A DNA stretch of 64,000 nucleotides from Sphaerodactylus townsendi (Eukaryota). Below the pieces are notes generated by a model that saw only the letters and a program-made list of their open reading frames with translations, had not been told where the DNA came from and did not search any database. Position numbers and translations under genes: made by a program. Each line of letters begins with the position of its first letter. Positions within the stretch are counted from its first letter, which is position 1. The DNA is taken from positions 49,414,001 through 49,478,000 of the forward strand of contig NC_059428.1 of NCBI RefSeq assembly GCF_021028975.2. The letters are read 5' to 3'. Shown here piece by piece: positions 52,215-64,000 of this stretch.

Positions 52215-54654
52215 GCAGCAGGCCTCTCGCTACCCTTCAAAGTGGTTTACATCTCCTTTTCCCTCCCTCATCAAGCACACCTGGTGAGACAGGTGGGATT
52301 GAGAGTTGTGACTGGCCCAGTCACCCTGCAGGCTTGGAAGGCAGGAGCAGGAAACAAACCAGCCTACCAGAGGAGTCCACTGTTTAACCACTGCCAATTC
52401 ATGCTATGTCCTTACGGCCTCTTTGCTCCCCTTCCTTTGTCATCCCTAGTTCATTTTGTTTTTCCTCCTGTCTGAAAGAAGGAAGTTGGGTGAATGGGTG
52501 TGGAAGGGAACTGTTCAGTGGGATGTGAGAGGAAGCGGATTGTACATGCACAGGCTTCATCTTGGGGTTTCTCTTTCAGCAGTCTAACCTCTTGCCTAGT
52601 CCAGTGCAGGATCCCTTTGCCCTCTACTTGCAATATGAGATGTTTGGCACTGAGCCCCTCACTATTTGTCATCTTCAACTGCTCAACCTGAAACCCTTTG
52701 AGCATTCCTTCTCAACCTCTGACTCTGGGCTAAGATGGCTGGCAGAGAGGGAGGAGATGACCAAGAACACCTTTGCTTAGACATTTGACCTTAAGGGAAA
52801 CCTTTAGAATCACCAATAAGAGAAGGACTTGTTATTGAAACAGTCTCCCACCGCGACTTGTTACAGTTCGAACTTGGTTGCTGTAATAGAGACAACCAGG
52901 CCCTGTGATAAACTCTTCTTTTGTCACAGAAGGCCGAATTAAAGTCATGTCCAAATCCACCATATTTAAAGCATTGCTAGTTTTGAGTGAACAGTTGTTG
53001 AGTAGTATCTTCCCAGTGGTAAACAAACCCATGTCTTGTCAAAGGCTTTCTCACGCCAGATGCAATCATAGATGGTTTTTTCCGGCTGTGGCCGTATTCA
53101 AGACCGGTTCAATGTTTCTACCTGTATCTACAGATCTTTCTGAGGTATCAGAGAAGTCTGTTACACACTTATTCTTTTCTCAATACACTAGCCAGTTTGC
53201 GCTCTTTTTCCTTTTTCGTTTAGCATTTGAGAATACTTTCTACCACCTTTCTAGCACTTTAATTATTGTGACTCATATACATTTGTTTCTGTAGATCACT
53301 TTTCCCATGATTTGAAACTTTGGGGAGAATGGTCATTGATCAGGTCTCTGGCAGGAGGTTTTTCCCATAAAGTTTCTCCATTCAAAATTCCTTTCTCCTT
53401 CACAAAAAGCTGCCATCCTGTTTTCCTTAATTGGAAAGTTCCTTCATCTAAGAATTTCTTCACGGCAACTATGCACCTGACAGTCACTCTTTAAAATCTG
53501 AAGCATCATCTGAACTCCCAGGCTTTTGATGCCGATATTTCATTTTTTTTATTAGTATCACTGGTAATTTTGCTGCTTTAGAAGGCGGTTTAGTTGCCAT
53601 TTCATGTTTAATAATGTTGTGAACAACTTCAGAAACAGGTTGAGAGATGTCAGATTTGAAACTTAAATGGCAGCATTCCTTTGGGGTTCAAAACAAGCAT
53701 AAGAAGTGCCATTCCAGCTAGAAATCAACATGCACACCTCTTGAAACCGCGGTCAGACATTCACCATATATATAGTTCAGCATACCAAACTAGATGGACC
53801 ACATGGCCTTTCCAGATAATATTCACCAGCCCCTAAAGAGCCGGCAACATCTCAAGTGTAGTTACAGCCCATTCCTTCTACCTCCATAACTTGGCAGCAC
53901 TTAAATTCCAAACCTTCGTCTGCCGGAATTCCATCAGCCAATAATAGAGAACTTTCTTGGCGAATTCTTCAGCATTAACCTGAAAATATTCCAGTAACAC
54001 TTGTGGGAATTTCTTGTAAGCAAATAATTAGGACTGAGACCAGAAACCGTCACCAAATTTGTATTTTATTAACTAAAACTGTCTTATGATTAGCGAAACC
54101 TACTGCACTGGCACTTTACTACCATTTTCACCATCGACATATCAAATCTGCTTTCTGTTTCAGCCTTCCTGATTAAACACTATTCACCATACTGAGGAAA
54201 TAGATAATCAAAAATCTGGCCTAAATTCCATGTCTTAATAGTGTACAATATGCATCAGCCCAGTCCAGCACTTTCATAAGCAGCCCACCTATAACCACAA
54301 CCAACTGGTTTTGATAACCCCAAAGCCGTGACCATTAAATGCAGGGCGACAGTTGCAGGATTGGAATAGCCGCCACAAATATGAGGATAAACAAGCAGCG
54401 CTGCAATCAGCCTGCAAACCCATTCTAGTATACCTGCAGCCTTATATAACGAGTGAATCAGGCAGATACATCACAAGGCAGTCAAAACCACTTATTTAGA
54501 AATGTAGGAGCCCTGTGCCTTCCCAGAAGGAACAAGTTTGTAATAGGGAGAAAATCACTTCTTTGAGCATTTGAATCGGTTCATGCCGCAAACTCCGAGT
54601 AATCTCCTTTGCGACTGCGCGCTTCATTTAAAACACCAGCCGTGTCCTTTCAAC

Positions 54655-54920
54655 GCATGACAAACCCAGTGCCAGCTACAGCAGTAAACATAATCCTGAA
54701 TAGGTCACGATATGATTGTTCTGCAGAACTATTCTGCTCCACATTCCCTCTTTCAGGGGATCTTTTTTTTTTTTTTCCTTATGCGAGGTTCATCTAGATT
54801 GGCGATACTGTGCCTTTCCTAAACCTTCCTTCTAACGGATTGAACAAGCAACAACATCGCGTCCGGCCCACCACAGCACATCGAATGCCACGTTTTACTG
54901 CATCAATGCGCACGCTCCAG
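54655..54920 (-). pseudogene. GABRR3: GABRR3 last exon (M3-M4 loop and M4), heavily disrupted as assembled (probable sequence error rather than a true pseudogene)
   Basis: Minus strand ATTGATGCAGTA..TGGCATTCGATG ~ IDAV(QA)MAFDG; CGCATAAGG(A)nGATCCCCTGAAA..GGGAATGTG ~ RIRKKRSLKGNV; AGAATAGTTCTGCAGAACAATCATATC = RIVLQNNHI; ACCTATTC-AGGATTATGTTT ~ TYSRIMF; ACTGGGTTTGTCATG ~ YWGLYM. Confidence 0.7.
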
Positions 54921-56148
54921 CGAACAAACGCAAAGAAATGATTACTGGCTGGACAGAGGCCGCGCAACCAAAATCCGTCATCTTATTTACATACAGCATT
55001 CTATTGAATATTTTTCGCGAAATGAACAATGAAGCGGCGTTTCATACACGCCACCTTTCCCATCGAAACACTGTAACTTTGTCTTGGTTTAAACACGCAT
55101 ACTCGGCACGCACAAACGCTTCATGCAACGTTCTCGCTTGAAACGCTGGTCAGTTGCATACGAACCGTATGTGTTAAATTACACAACAAGGCTTTCACGG
55201 CCAGGATCGAGTCTGGTGTTAGAGCTTCATTAGGAGGAGCCGAAGCGAAGGAAAGATTTTCTCCGATGCTTGCCCCATAGAAGGATTTCGATGATCCTGA
55301 TAGATCTGATCTTAATGGATCCCTTCTTAACATGTTTACGGCGCTTAAACGCCAGGAGAGAATGTTGCTAGAACATGGCCATAAGGCACCGGAAACGCCG
55401 AAAGCACCTATGAGAAATCACATTCGCCGCACCCATTTTACCGTATCGATAGACGACGAATGCCAAACACCAAAGTGTGTCATTTGGGGAAACAGCCCAG
55501 TATTCACCGTTAACATATCACAAATGAACAATGATCAGAAAAAACAGCAACATTCGGCCTGCCCAACGACACCGAATTGTAAACGTGCGCCAGCGTTCAA
55601 TCAAAAATAACTAATTGCATTTGATGGCACAGTTTCAGGAACTATGTTTCGCATGTCCTTTATTAAAAAAACCGGAGATGACGCCAACTGGTACGATAAA
55701 CTGATAGGTTATGCAACCACCATAGCAAAGGAAACGATCAAATATTCTCCCGAATGGTAGCAATGATATGGCGTTAGCACAGTACGATGCCTGACCTCGG
55801 CAACACCTTGCAGCTGGCTGGGTAAAGTAGACATCAGTTTCTTCTTCTGCTACTTTGTGGCCTGCGGCATTGCATCATGATGGAGAGGGCAGTCCACAAA
55901 CAGTAGTTATGGACAATCTTTCCATCTTTCAATATGACCCCTGACGCCGCCTAAGTTTCACATTGAAGGTCAAAGATCCCCGGATGGTGCCACGGAAGTA
56001 ACATGTATGCCAACGCTGAGGAATGGCCGCGAAACCACATGCATCCAGTACCCAGCCCTGAAGGAAGTGCCCGTGCTCGGCAACAACATGCCGGTATCCA
56101 ACCACCATAAGTATTTTCTGTGACAGATATACTGATGCATGTTTATAC

Positions 56149-56322
56149 CTTCCCTTTTTTTCTAGCATTTCTTGCTCAAATGTGGTGAGATAATTTACAG
56201 CTGCATATTCAATGACAGACAGGAAGACAAAGAGGAAACTGATCCATAAGTATATATCCATGTTTGTAGACACTGAAAATACCCTGTGATTATGGTTGAC
56301 ATTGTCAGCACAGTAGTTATAC
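56149..56322 (-). CDS. GABRR3: GABRR3 M2-M3 exon, frameshifted as assembled
   Basis: tcttag| (G)ITTVLTMSTIITG, then 23 nt where ~14 codons are expected, then DIYLWISFLFVFLSVIEYAAVNYLTT in another frame; gaag|gtataa donor. Confidence 0.85.
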
Positions 56323-59300
56323 CTAAGAATCAATGGGAAATACCAGTTAGCTCCTGCATTTGGTGAAAGTGTGCACAATAATACAAACTGTTTACAAAAT
56401 AATACAAACTGTTTACAAAAGGCCGATGGTTGGTCTTCCTTTCCACCTTACTCAGAAAATATACATCACAGGGAATAATTGAGCACTCAAGATCTGTAAT
56501 ATTGTTGCTGATTTTCTACCAACTTTGGTTTGCTGACAGTGCAGGGTTAGCATTGACTTTCCCCCAAACTTTCATTGCTGTTCCCCTGAAAACACTGGAA
56601 GCAACCTGAAGTAGCTGATGTCAGCCTCCTCCTTGGGAAAAAGTATCTCAGTTCGGGTTGCATTATTCTCAACGAAAGCAGCAAAGCGACAGATGCAATG
56701 GGCCCTGTTGTGCAAAGTGGAAGAGCAGCCACTCCTCCTGCAATGGCTTTAGTGGGTTGTAGTGGTCCCCCCACCCTTGCCTGCAACACTTGGCCTGGTC
56801 CTGGGTCTGTGTGGCTTGGGGTGAGGAGGTGGCCTGAAGGCAGATGAGGGGTGAGGGTGGAGGAGGAGTGGTTTGGGGTGAGGGAGGACAAACAAGGAGG
56901 GGCTAAAGAAGAGAAACAGAGGAGCCTGAGGGCAGGAGGGCTGGGAGGCTAGGGGTGGCAGATTGGGAGGGGTGAACTGAGGCCTAACTGGGGAGGTGTA
57001 AAGGTGAGTGTTCTGGTGGGGCAGAGTGGCAAGGTGAGGCTTGGGGTGGGTGTAGGAAGGTTAATATTGGGGTGGGGAGGGTGGCAATGTGAGATGGGGT
57101 GGGGAGGAAAGGCTAGGTCACTAAAGATAGTTGAAAGTTGTGGCACAAGTGAGCAGATTAAATACACAGAGGCAAGGTGGAGACAGGTAGAGGATAAAGG
57201 TTAGGCTAGACCCAGTAAGGTTGGAAGGTAAGTTTGGATGGTAGAGACAAAGGAGAATGGATAGAGAGAGGTTGAAACGAGAGGCTTGGGGTGGAGGAGG
57301 CATGTGGTTAGGGGCACAGAGTGGCACACGAGTTTCCAAGGATCAGGAGGGGGGGACTCTAATGGCTGTGGAATGGAGGAGGTCGCCAGTCTCTGTAGCC
57401 TCCTAACATTGCTTTTGTGAGGTATGTATTTAATTTCTGAGTAGTGCCAGGTAGCCATGATACCTGCAGAGCAAACACACTCAGGAAGATTCTTCACAAA
57501 TAAAGCAATGTGGAGCAGGAAGGACAACTCACTGTGGAGGAAAAATGAAAGTAAAAAAGTTTTAAGTTGGGCAGGCAAGGGCCAACATGGGCTGGTGGCT
57601 GTCTCCTTTCAAACACTTCCAGCATTTTTATTCATGCTGTGGACAAACAATGAGAGCCACAGAGTCCGCCAGATGTCTTATTTTGTTTGTGGAGAAAAGA
57701 CCACTATTAGGGTGGTACAATAATGAATCATCCTGGAGTTACCTCACATACAGAGCCTCCTCCTAACACATTTCATGCATTATGTACAGTAGCTGCATCT
57801 AGAGGAGAAGATAGTAGTACTGAGACATAGCATGCCATAGGTTGGCTGATTGCATTAGAGCAGGCAAGACAGTTGCAATATTTCACCACTAGGACAGCCA
57901 GTACACCTAATCAGATGTGAAATTCTACAAACACATTACGAACACAACCCTCCTCATTTGTTAGATCCAAATGATAGGGTTTTTAACTATCAGAACACTA
58001 GTAACTGTATAGGCATATTTTGTTATGGTTTTTCACAAGCACACACACTTGGAAATTAACAGCTTTGCTGGAAGAATGAAGTTTGAAGGGTTTCAAGAAG
58101 GTGAAGAAGACATACTGTATACCAACATTCATGTTATCAGTCATGAATAAAACCCGTCCAGGTAATCAAAACCACCACTGCACCACATTTTCCATGCCTG
58201 CATTATTTGTGTATCTTACAAACACTGCAACAAGAATGGACTGTAACAGTACTGTTAAAGGGTAAGGGAGCCATCAAATAGCGTGTAGATATTGACATAA
58301 GATGGCAGAGCCCTGCTGTATTCTCCATTGATAAGATGGTAAGGTTTGCCATTACTTTGGAGAGAGAGAGAGAGAGAGAAAGAGAAAAGAGAGAAAGCAG
58401 GGCCTGGGGAAAGGAAGAGTGCTGCCAGGGCAAAGCCTGGGCTGGAAACCAACAGATGCAACTCCTATCAGGCAGCTTGCTAGTATCTCATGTGATACTG
58501 AAAGTTTTTTTAAAAAAATTGTCTCCCACTTTAAAACCATGACTGGAGGAAGTTTCATTGCAGGAATAATCCTTAGTCTGGAAGGAAGCTTCAAATTTTG
58601 CTTGATGGAATGGAGAGTATGCCATGATTCTTAACAGATACATTAATTCATGCTTTCTCTTTTTAAACCTATGGCTCTCAGGGGCATCCCTTAAGTAAGT
58701 AGAGTTATACTCACAGGCCAATCTCTGGGAATAACATTAAGGCTCTGTTAATGCAAGTATGAGTAATAGCAAATCAAACCATTCATTTGCAAATCTTCCA
58801 GCAATTCAAACATAGCTTTGATTCTGTAGAACTGCTATGGTTGAAGCAGTACTGGAGCATATGGACATGGGACAATAAAGCCAAATGTTTATTACTTCAG
58901 TCATATTGATTCTTGAGGGGGCGGGGGGGACAAACAGAAATGATAAGCTGCATAGTTTCTAGGTATTACTACAAAGAGTAATTAAAGAAAACATAGACCT
59001 TATTTACAGAGGCATAGCAAGGGGGGAAAGCACCTGGTGCACCGGTGTATCCTCTGCCCCCATCCCACCTCCCAGAACTCCACGCCAGTGTCCCCTTGGA
59101 ATCACGCCTTTAAAGCGTTACACATTTAGCTTCACAAAATGAATCCTTGTCTATTCCCCTGATTGAAGGATATTTTCCTTGCATTCATAAAAAAGTATCA
59201 TTCACTATCTTAAAGAAGATGTTTAAAAACAATATTTAATATCACATCACATGACAATATCACATGTAATGCCTACCAAATGATAGGAATGTGCATAGAA

Positions 59301-60620
59301 AGATAGGTATAACATGGGAAACTGGTTGAATGCCCTCTCTATCTCACCACAGCTGACTGTACCCCACTTCCCTGCCTTTGGCTCCTGCCTTCTTTCTTTC
59401 TGTCCCTTAGGATGTTTACCTTTGGGCTGCTTCATCTGTAATCTTTGTACAGTTGTCTCCTCCCCTGCCCCTTCAATCCCATCTCAGTCACAGGCAACTC
59501 ATCAGCGGTCAGGACAGCAAAGGCTTCCACCAAATAATTGGAGCACCTATGGAAACATGGCCCAGAGTGATGGATGACTCTTGGCACAAACAGGAGTGCT
59601 TATTGGTTCTTAGTTTTCGTTGGCATTCTGAATTCCTTTGTTACAAATGAAAGGCCCCACACTTTCCTTCAGGGCTAGTTTCCAGACATTGTTGTTCTTT
59701 AATGCATGCTCACATTCGCTCTTGACATACTGCCAATAGCTTGGGGCCTGTTAAATGTTCCCGCTTCTTAGAGCAAGAAGTGTTAAGTGGCATGCAAGTT
59801 TATCTGAAATGAATGTGATGATTAGATGAGTGGCTGGGGATGAAACAAAGGTGCAGATGCCTTTTTTGCTATTCCTCATAAAGTTCCTTAAATTATGGGG
59901 TATTTGGAAGCGAGCACTTCCCCCTCCCCCATGGGTAATTTACATAACTGAAGAAGGCTTAAAGATAGAGGTGGGTTCTCCATGATAATTGCTCTGACCA
60001 GAGCGGACTGTTCATCATCCCCTGCCAGCATGATGCTGGCAGGGGTGATGGGAACTGTAGTCCATAACATCTGGAGGGCCGCGAGTTTGACACCTGTGGC
60101 TTAAAGGCTTGAATATGCACAGGCCCATTCTGATGTGAGCCCCATTTATAAGACTCCTCCCTCACTTTAAGACTCAGAGTCCCTCACAGTTTCCGGCAAC
60201 CTTCCCATGAATAATAATGCATGCGAACATATGCTCTACTCCACCTTTAATAAAGAACTGGTTCTAGCATTCTTATACTTTCTGGAAGAAGACGAAGAAG
60301 AGTTGGTTTTTATACTCCACCTTTCTCTCCTTTGAGGAGTCACAAAGCAGCTTACAATTACCTTCTAGTTTTGCTAATGATTAATGCAATAAATGTAAAG
60401 TGTGTTGGCTAGATCAACCATTTCTCCCATGAAGAGTGAGTTCAACTTTTTCCTCTAGGACTGTTGAGTTCACAAGAAATGCACAGATAATCACACAGAT
60501 AGAGGTATATCAGAATTATGTCTGTACTGATATTTTCAAAGTGGGGATGGGGGGGGGGGATTGCTTGCTTCTTTGACCCAGTGGACTTTATTTTTGTTTT
60601 GCATCTAACGCTATCTAAAC

Positions 60621-60885
60621 CAGAGGCATCGAACTCATTTGTTACAAGGGCTAGATATGACATTAATGGGATTTGGTTGGGCTGGGCCCAGGGGGGTGGC
60701 TGCCTCAGATGGCCCCAGAATGGCACTTGGTGGGGGGGGGGGGCAGTGTGTGTGTGCCTGGACTGGCAAGCCTGCAGCAGGGTGGGATGGCTGACTTGAA
60801 AGGGCTTAACAGGCCCGCAAGCCAGCTAAGGCAACCTCCCACCCCACCCCACTCCCAATCTGGCCTGGCAAGTTTGACACCCCTG
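60621..60885. mobile_element. hAT (Charlie-like) MITE
   Basis: Ends cagaggcatcgaact / agtttgacacccctg; 7/8 TSD atctaaac / gtctaaac. Confidence 0.7.
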
Positions 60886-61444
60886 GTCTAAACCCTATTA
60901 AAAATGTGCAGTGCTTTCTATGCACCCATGCAAGTACTGCTGAGAACAAACTGCAGACTGCTGAGTTTTTATACCATCTCCTTGTACATTTTTTCTTTTT
61001 GCTTTCATTCCTGTCCCCCACCCTACCAATTTCGTTCCTGATTTTACTGAACATATAGCCTGAAGAAGAGTTTGAAGGAATTCAACTTGTTCCATAAAAT
61101 GTGATGTTTAAATTAGTCCTAATAAAAGATGTTGCATGGCTGTTGCCTTTTTAGTTCCTTTAAATAGACAAGCATGAATACTTGCAGGCATGTTTAATAT
61201 TCTCATAGCCATCCAAGATTAGCATACAATTTCACGGTACAATGAGAATATGCAAAAAGAAATTATGCTCCTTTTTTCAATCATCAATCAAATGTCAAAG
61301 TGCATAGGAAGAACAAAATAATGTCATCTCTCTGATTCTGATCTATTGACACACAATTTTTCCAAGCTAGTAATAATGTCAATAAACCTAACTCATTCTC
61401 TCACTTTTTAACACACTCCAGAATATCTTTATGCGAGAACTTAC

Positions 61445-61597
61445 CCAGTGATACTCTAGCAGGAACAGCTCTTCGGTCAATCCAAAAAGAAACCCATGAA
61501 AGCATCACCATCAGCATCGATGGAAAATAGGATTGTAGAACAAAAAAGAAAATATGCCTTCTTAGGCCAAAATTTATAAAAAGTCTATTGTACCATC
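61445..61597 (-). CDS. GABRR3: GABA-A receptor rho3 exon (pre-M1/M1/start of M2), intact
   Basis: caacag| (G)WYNRLFINFGLRRHIFFFVLQSYFPSMLMVMLSWVSFWIDRRAVPARVSL(G) |gtaagt; rho-subunit signature plus synteny with RIOX2. Confidence 0.93.
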
Positions 61598-62011
61598 CTG
61601 TTGAAAAATAAACAGAAGTATCACTGTCCTGTGTCTCTTCCACGCTGCTGTGCTGAATGCTTCCTGCCCCTTTTACTTACTTAAATGTCTTTCTTTAATA
61701 TTTGACCCTAAAGTATTTTGCAACAGAAATATAAACTGAAGTCCTTAGAATTTGGAATTGCCTTTAAGTACTGAAGCTTTATTCCCACAATATCTGTTGG
61801 CTTAAAATCCTTCAAGTCCTTAAAATTTACCCAGTTGGCTTCAGATCACTGACACTGTGAAGAGAATACATCATAGCTACATTCTGAAGAGCTACTTCAG
61901 ATACACTCCAAAGTTTGCATGTACAAGCCTGGATTTTTGCTTGTTTCGTCTTTGAATTTCCAAAGCAATCTGTCATGATGACACTTGAAGAGCAATTTGA
62001 TTACTGGATCA

Positions 62012-62031
62012 GCAGCGCCACCTAGGGGACA
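62012..62031 (-). promoter_or_regulatory. Candidate CTCF site in GABRR3 intron
   Basis: Minus strand tgtcccctaggtggcgctgc is a close match to the CTCF core (CCASYAGRKGGCRS). Confidence 0.5.
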
Positions 62032-64000
62032 CTGCTTACCTAGCTACTAACACAGTACACGGAGCAACAATAATATGGCTTAGGGCGAATTAAAGGAAGA
62101 CATTGTAGCTGCAGAGACAGGAACTTGCTTTTATAGCAGATATCAAATTAATTGCAGGGGAAATCCCTCACAGTAAAGGAAACTCTAAAAACATATCTCA
62201 GTTAGATATTTCCTACATTTTGCCACCCTGAGAAAGTTGTTTATTTTTAACTAGAGCTTTATATATGCAATTGCTTGAACTAACTTTAATGACAAATATG
62301 TTTACTAACTTATTTTTATCTTCTTCAAATGACAAATATGACTTTCTAGCTATAAAGGAGATGGTACAAAACAGACTGCTAATTATACTAGGAATTACAT
62401 TTCAAAATAATATATGTGGAATTGTGACCTGTATTGTGTAATTCCTGTAAATAAAATTTTGCCAATTAATCTATAAAAAATTGACTTGGTATATGTGAAA
62501 ATTATTTTACAATATATATAATCTGTATGAATTTATAATATTTAATATTAAAGTCCTTCTAATGTACTCATAATTATTAAACAGGCATATTCTTTGTGTA
62601 AAATGTCTAAGATCCAGCCATGGTCAACATGTACAAAGTAGTGCAGGGTCATGCCTGCTGGGCTCTGGGCTCACTGTACTGACTGGGTAGAGCCTCCACA
62701 AAGATGATCTGACCAACATGGGGGGGCGGGGAGGGTGTATGTGAGTGTCACAAGCAGAGCCAGTGAATGCAGTCCTGCTCTCCCTCCATATTCCCAGAAT
62801 TGTTAGTGATCAGCATGAGACTATACCATCATCAACTGATTATGTAGATTATTGCAGCAAACAGTGCAAAGTAGCCAGTTTGAGCCAAAGCATGGTCCTG
62901 GGTCCTGAATGTAGTACATAGTATCAGGAGTCAGGATGTGATAACAGATAGTATGCTTCTGACCAGGTCAAGAAGGTCTTTTTTTCATTACTGAGTAACA
63001 GTATGAAAAATCTTCCAAGTCATATAAGGCAGCACCATTGTATTTACTATTATGGCTAAGTATATGTTAATGATTCTCCACAGGGGTTATACAGACCCCT
63101 TAGGAGCAGTCTACAAATTTTAGGTGGTATTCAGAATTATGATGGGAATTTTGAAGTTTAGGCATCACATTGCTCACACTTGCAATGGCAGCCAGTGAAA
63201 GACAGTTGTGTTTTACTTCTCACTATGAATTGAGGACAAAATCCCAGATCCTGGATTTCTACCACAAAAAATGACACACAACAGACAAGAGTCAAGCCTA
63301 ACACTGAGGAGTTGGATGATGACTGTCAGGCATAAAATGTACCCGAGATCTGAAAAAGCCCACGAACGGGCACTCCTAGTTTTTACTCTCAAAGGGGTTG
63401 TGGTATAAAGCAGAAATATTGTTGTGTAGAGAGAACTCATATATTATGAAGAGCACAAACAATCCACCTGAATATAAGAAAATAGTATTCTAAGGGCTTT
63501 AATATGCCTATCATATCACAAAGATGCCTCATACAGAATCAGACCACTGTGGTCCATCAAGGTCAGCACTGTCTACTCAGTCCGGTCACAGCTCTCCAGG
63601 GTCTCAGGTGGAGCTCTTCCACATCACCTCCCAACTGGAGATATACGATGTGCAAGGACTATATAAAATACACAAATGTGTGTAGCAAAACTATAAGCAT
63701 TAGCATGGGACGAGGAGGTTAGGAGAGAAAGTAGGGAGGAGAAACAGTGTTTAAACTGGACTTTTGTGGATTTTCCAGACTGGTAGTTTTTGCTATGAAG
63801 AAATCACTTCCCCCTCTCCTTGAGGTTTGAAGGGAACATTTAAGCTTTTTTTCGGTATCACAGATATGGAAGTCTTAAAAGGATAGGAGAGCATCAGGAG
63901 GAAGATTCCTGGAGGTGACAGGAAAACTTCCTTGACCCAGACTGACCGGGTCAAGGGTGTGGGGACTGATAATTGATAAAACACTTGGGAGCAAGGAGGA

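Noticed and set aside
54500-56100. Horizontal transfer or bacterial/phage insert suggested by the CpG-rich composition
   Set aside because: No coherent ORFs or microbial motifs, and GABRR3 last-exon remnants sit inside it at the expected position. Read error is the simpler explanation.
55929-56378. 149-aa ORF as a standalone gene
   Set aside because: Only DIYLW...YLTT is real (the GABRR3 M3 frame); the rest is intron or shifted-frame read-through.
56800-57360. G-rich tract and overlapping Pro/Gly-rich ORFs
   Set aside because: Low-complexity intronic sequence. G-quadruplex potential is generic and the ORFs are composition artefacts.
62118-62142. ggaacttgcttttatagcag resembling the GABRR GLAFYSS exon end
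   Set aside because: Wrong strand, with no flanking homology or splice sites; coincidence. The upstream GABRR3 exons lie beyond the window.

Overview
Vertebrate genomic DNA, inferred to be a squamate reptile (probably a gecko) from its Sauria, 5S-derived and tRNA-derived SINEs and its Penelope, DIRS, Rex/Babar, RTE, CR1 and hAT repeats. It carries the conserved CRYBG3 - RIOX2 - GABRR3 block. (1) The last 17 coding exons of CRYBG3 lie on + (8-29365): six beta/gamma-crystallin domains plus a ricin-B domain, 2019 nt, in frame with canonical GT-AG sites. (2) The complete RIOX2 (MINA53) gene lies on -: 9 coding exons at 33953-44242, 467 aa, intact JmjC HxD...H, and a CpG-island promoter near 49 kb. 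(3) The last three exons of GABRR3 lie on -: 61445-61597 is intact, 56149-56322 is frameshifted, and the final exon (~54655-54920) is barely recognisable. The ~50.2-56.4 kb interval looks like error-rich, unpolished long-read sequence. It also contains an unexplained ~1.5 kb protein-coding-like exon candidate (52416-53979, -) between GABRR3 and RIOX2, which is the best candidate for something undescribed. Other points of interest are back-to-back poly(A) signals between the convergent genes, a Penelope-derived hairpin in the probable RIOX2 3'UTR, a DIRS remnant with its internal complementary region, a ~270-bp segment shared by introns of CRYBG3 and RIOX2, and MITEs built from nested palindromes. 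Gene and repeat names come from recalled family sequences, not from database searches. I cannot support a genuinely new biological system from the sequence alone.
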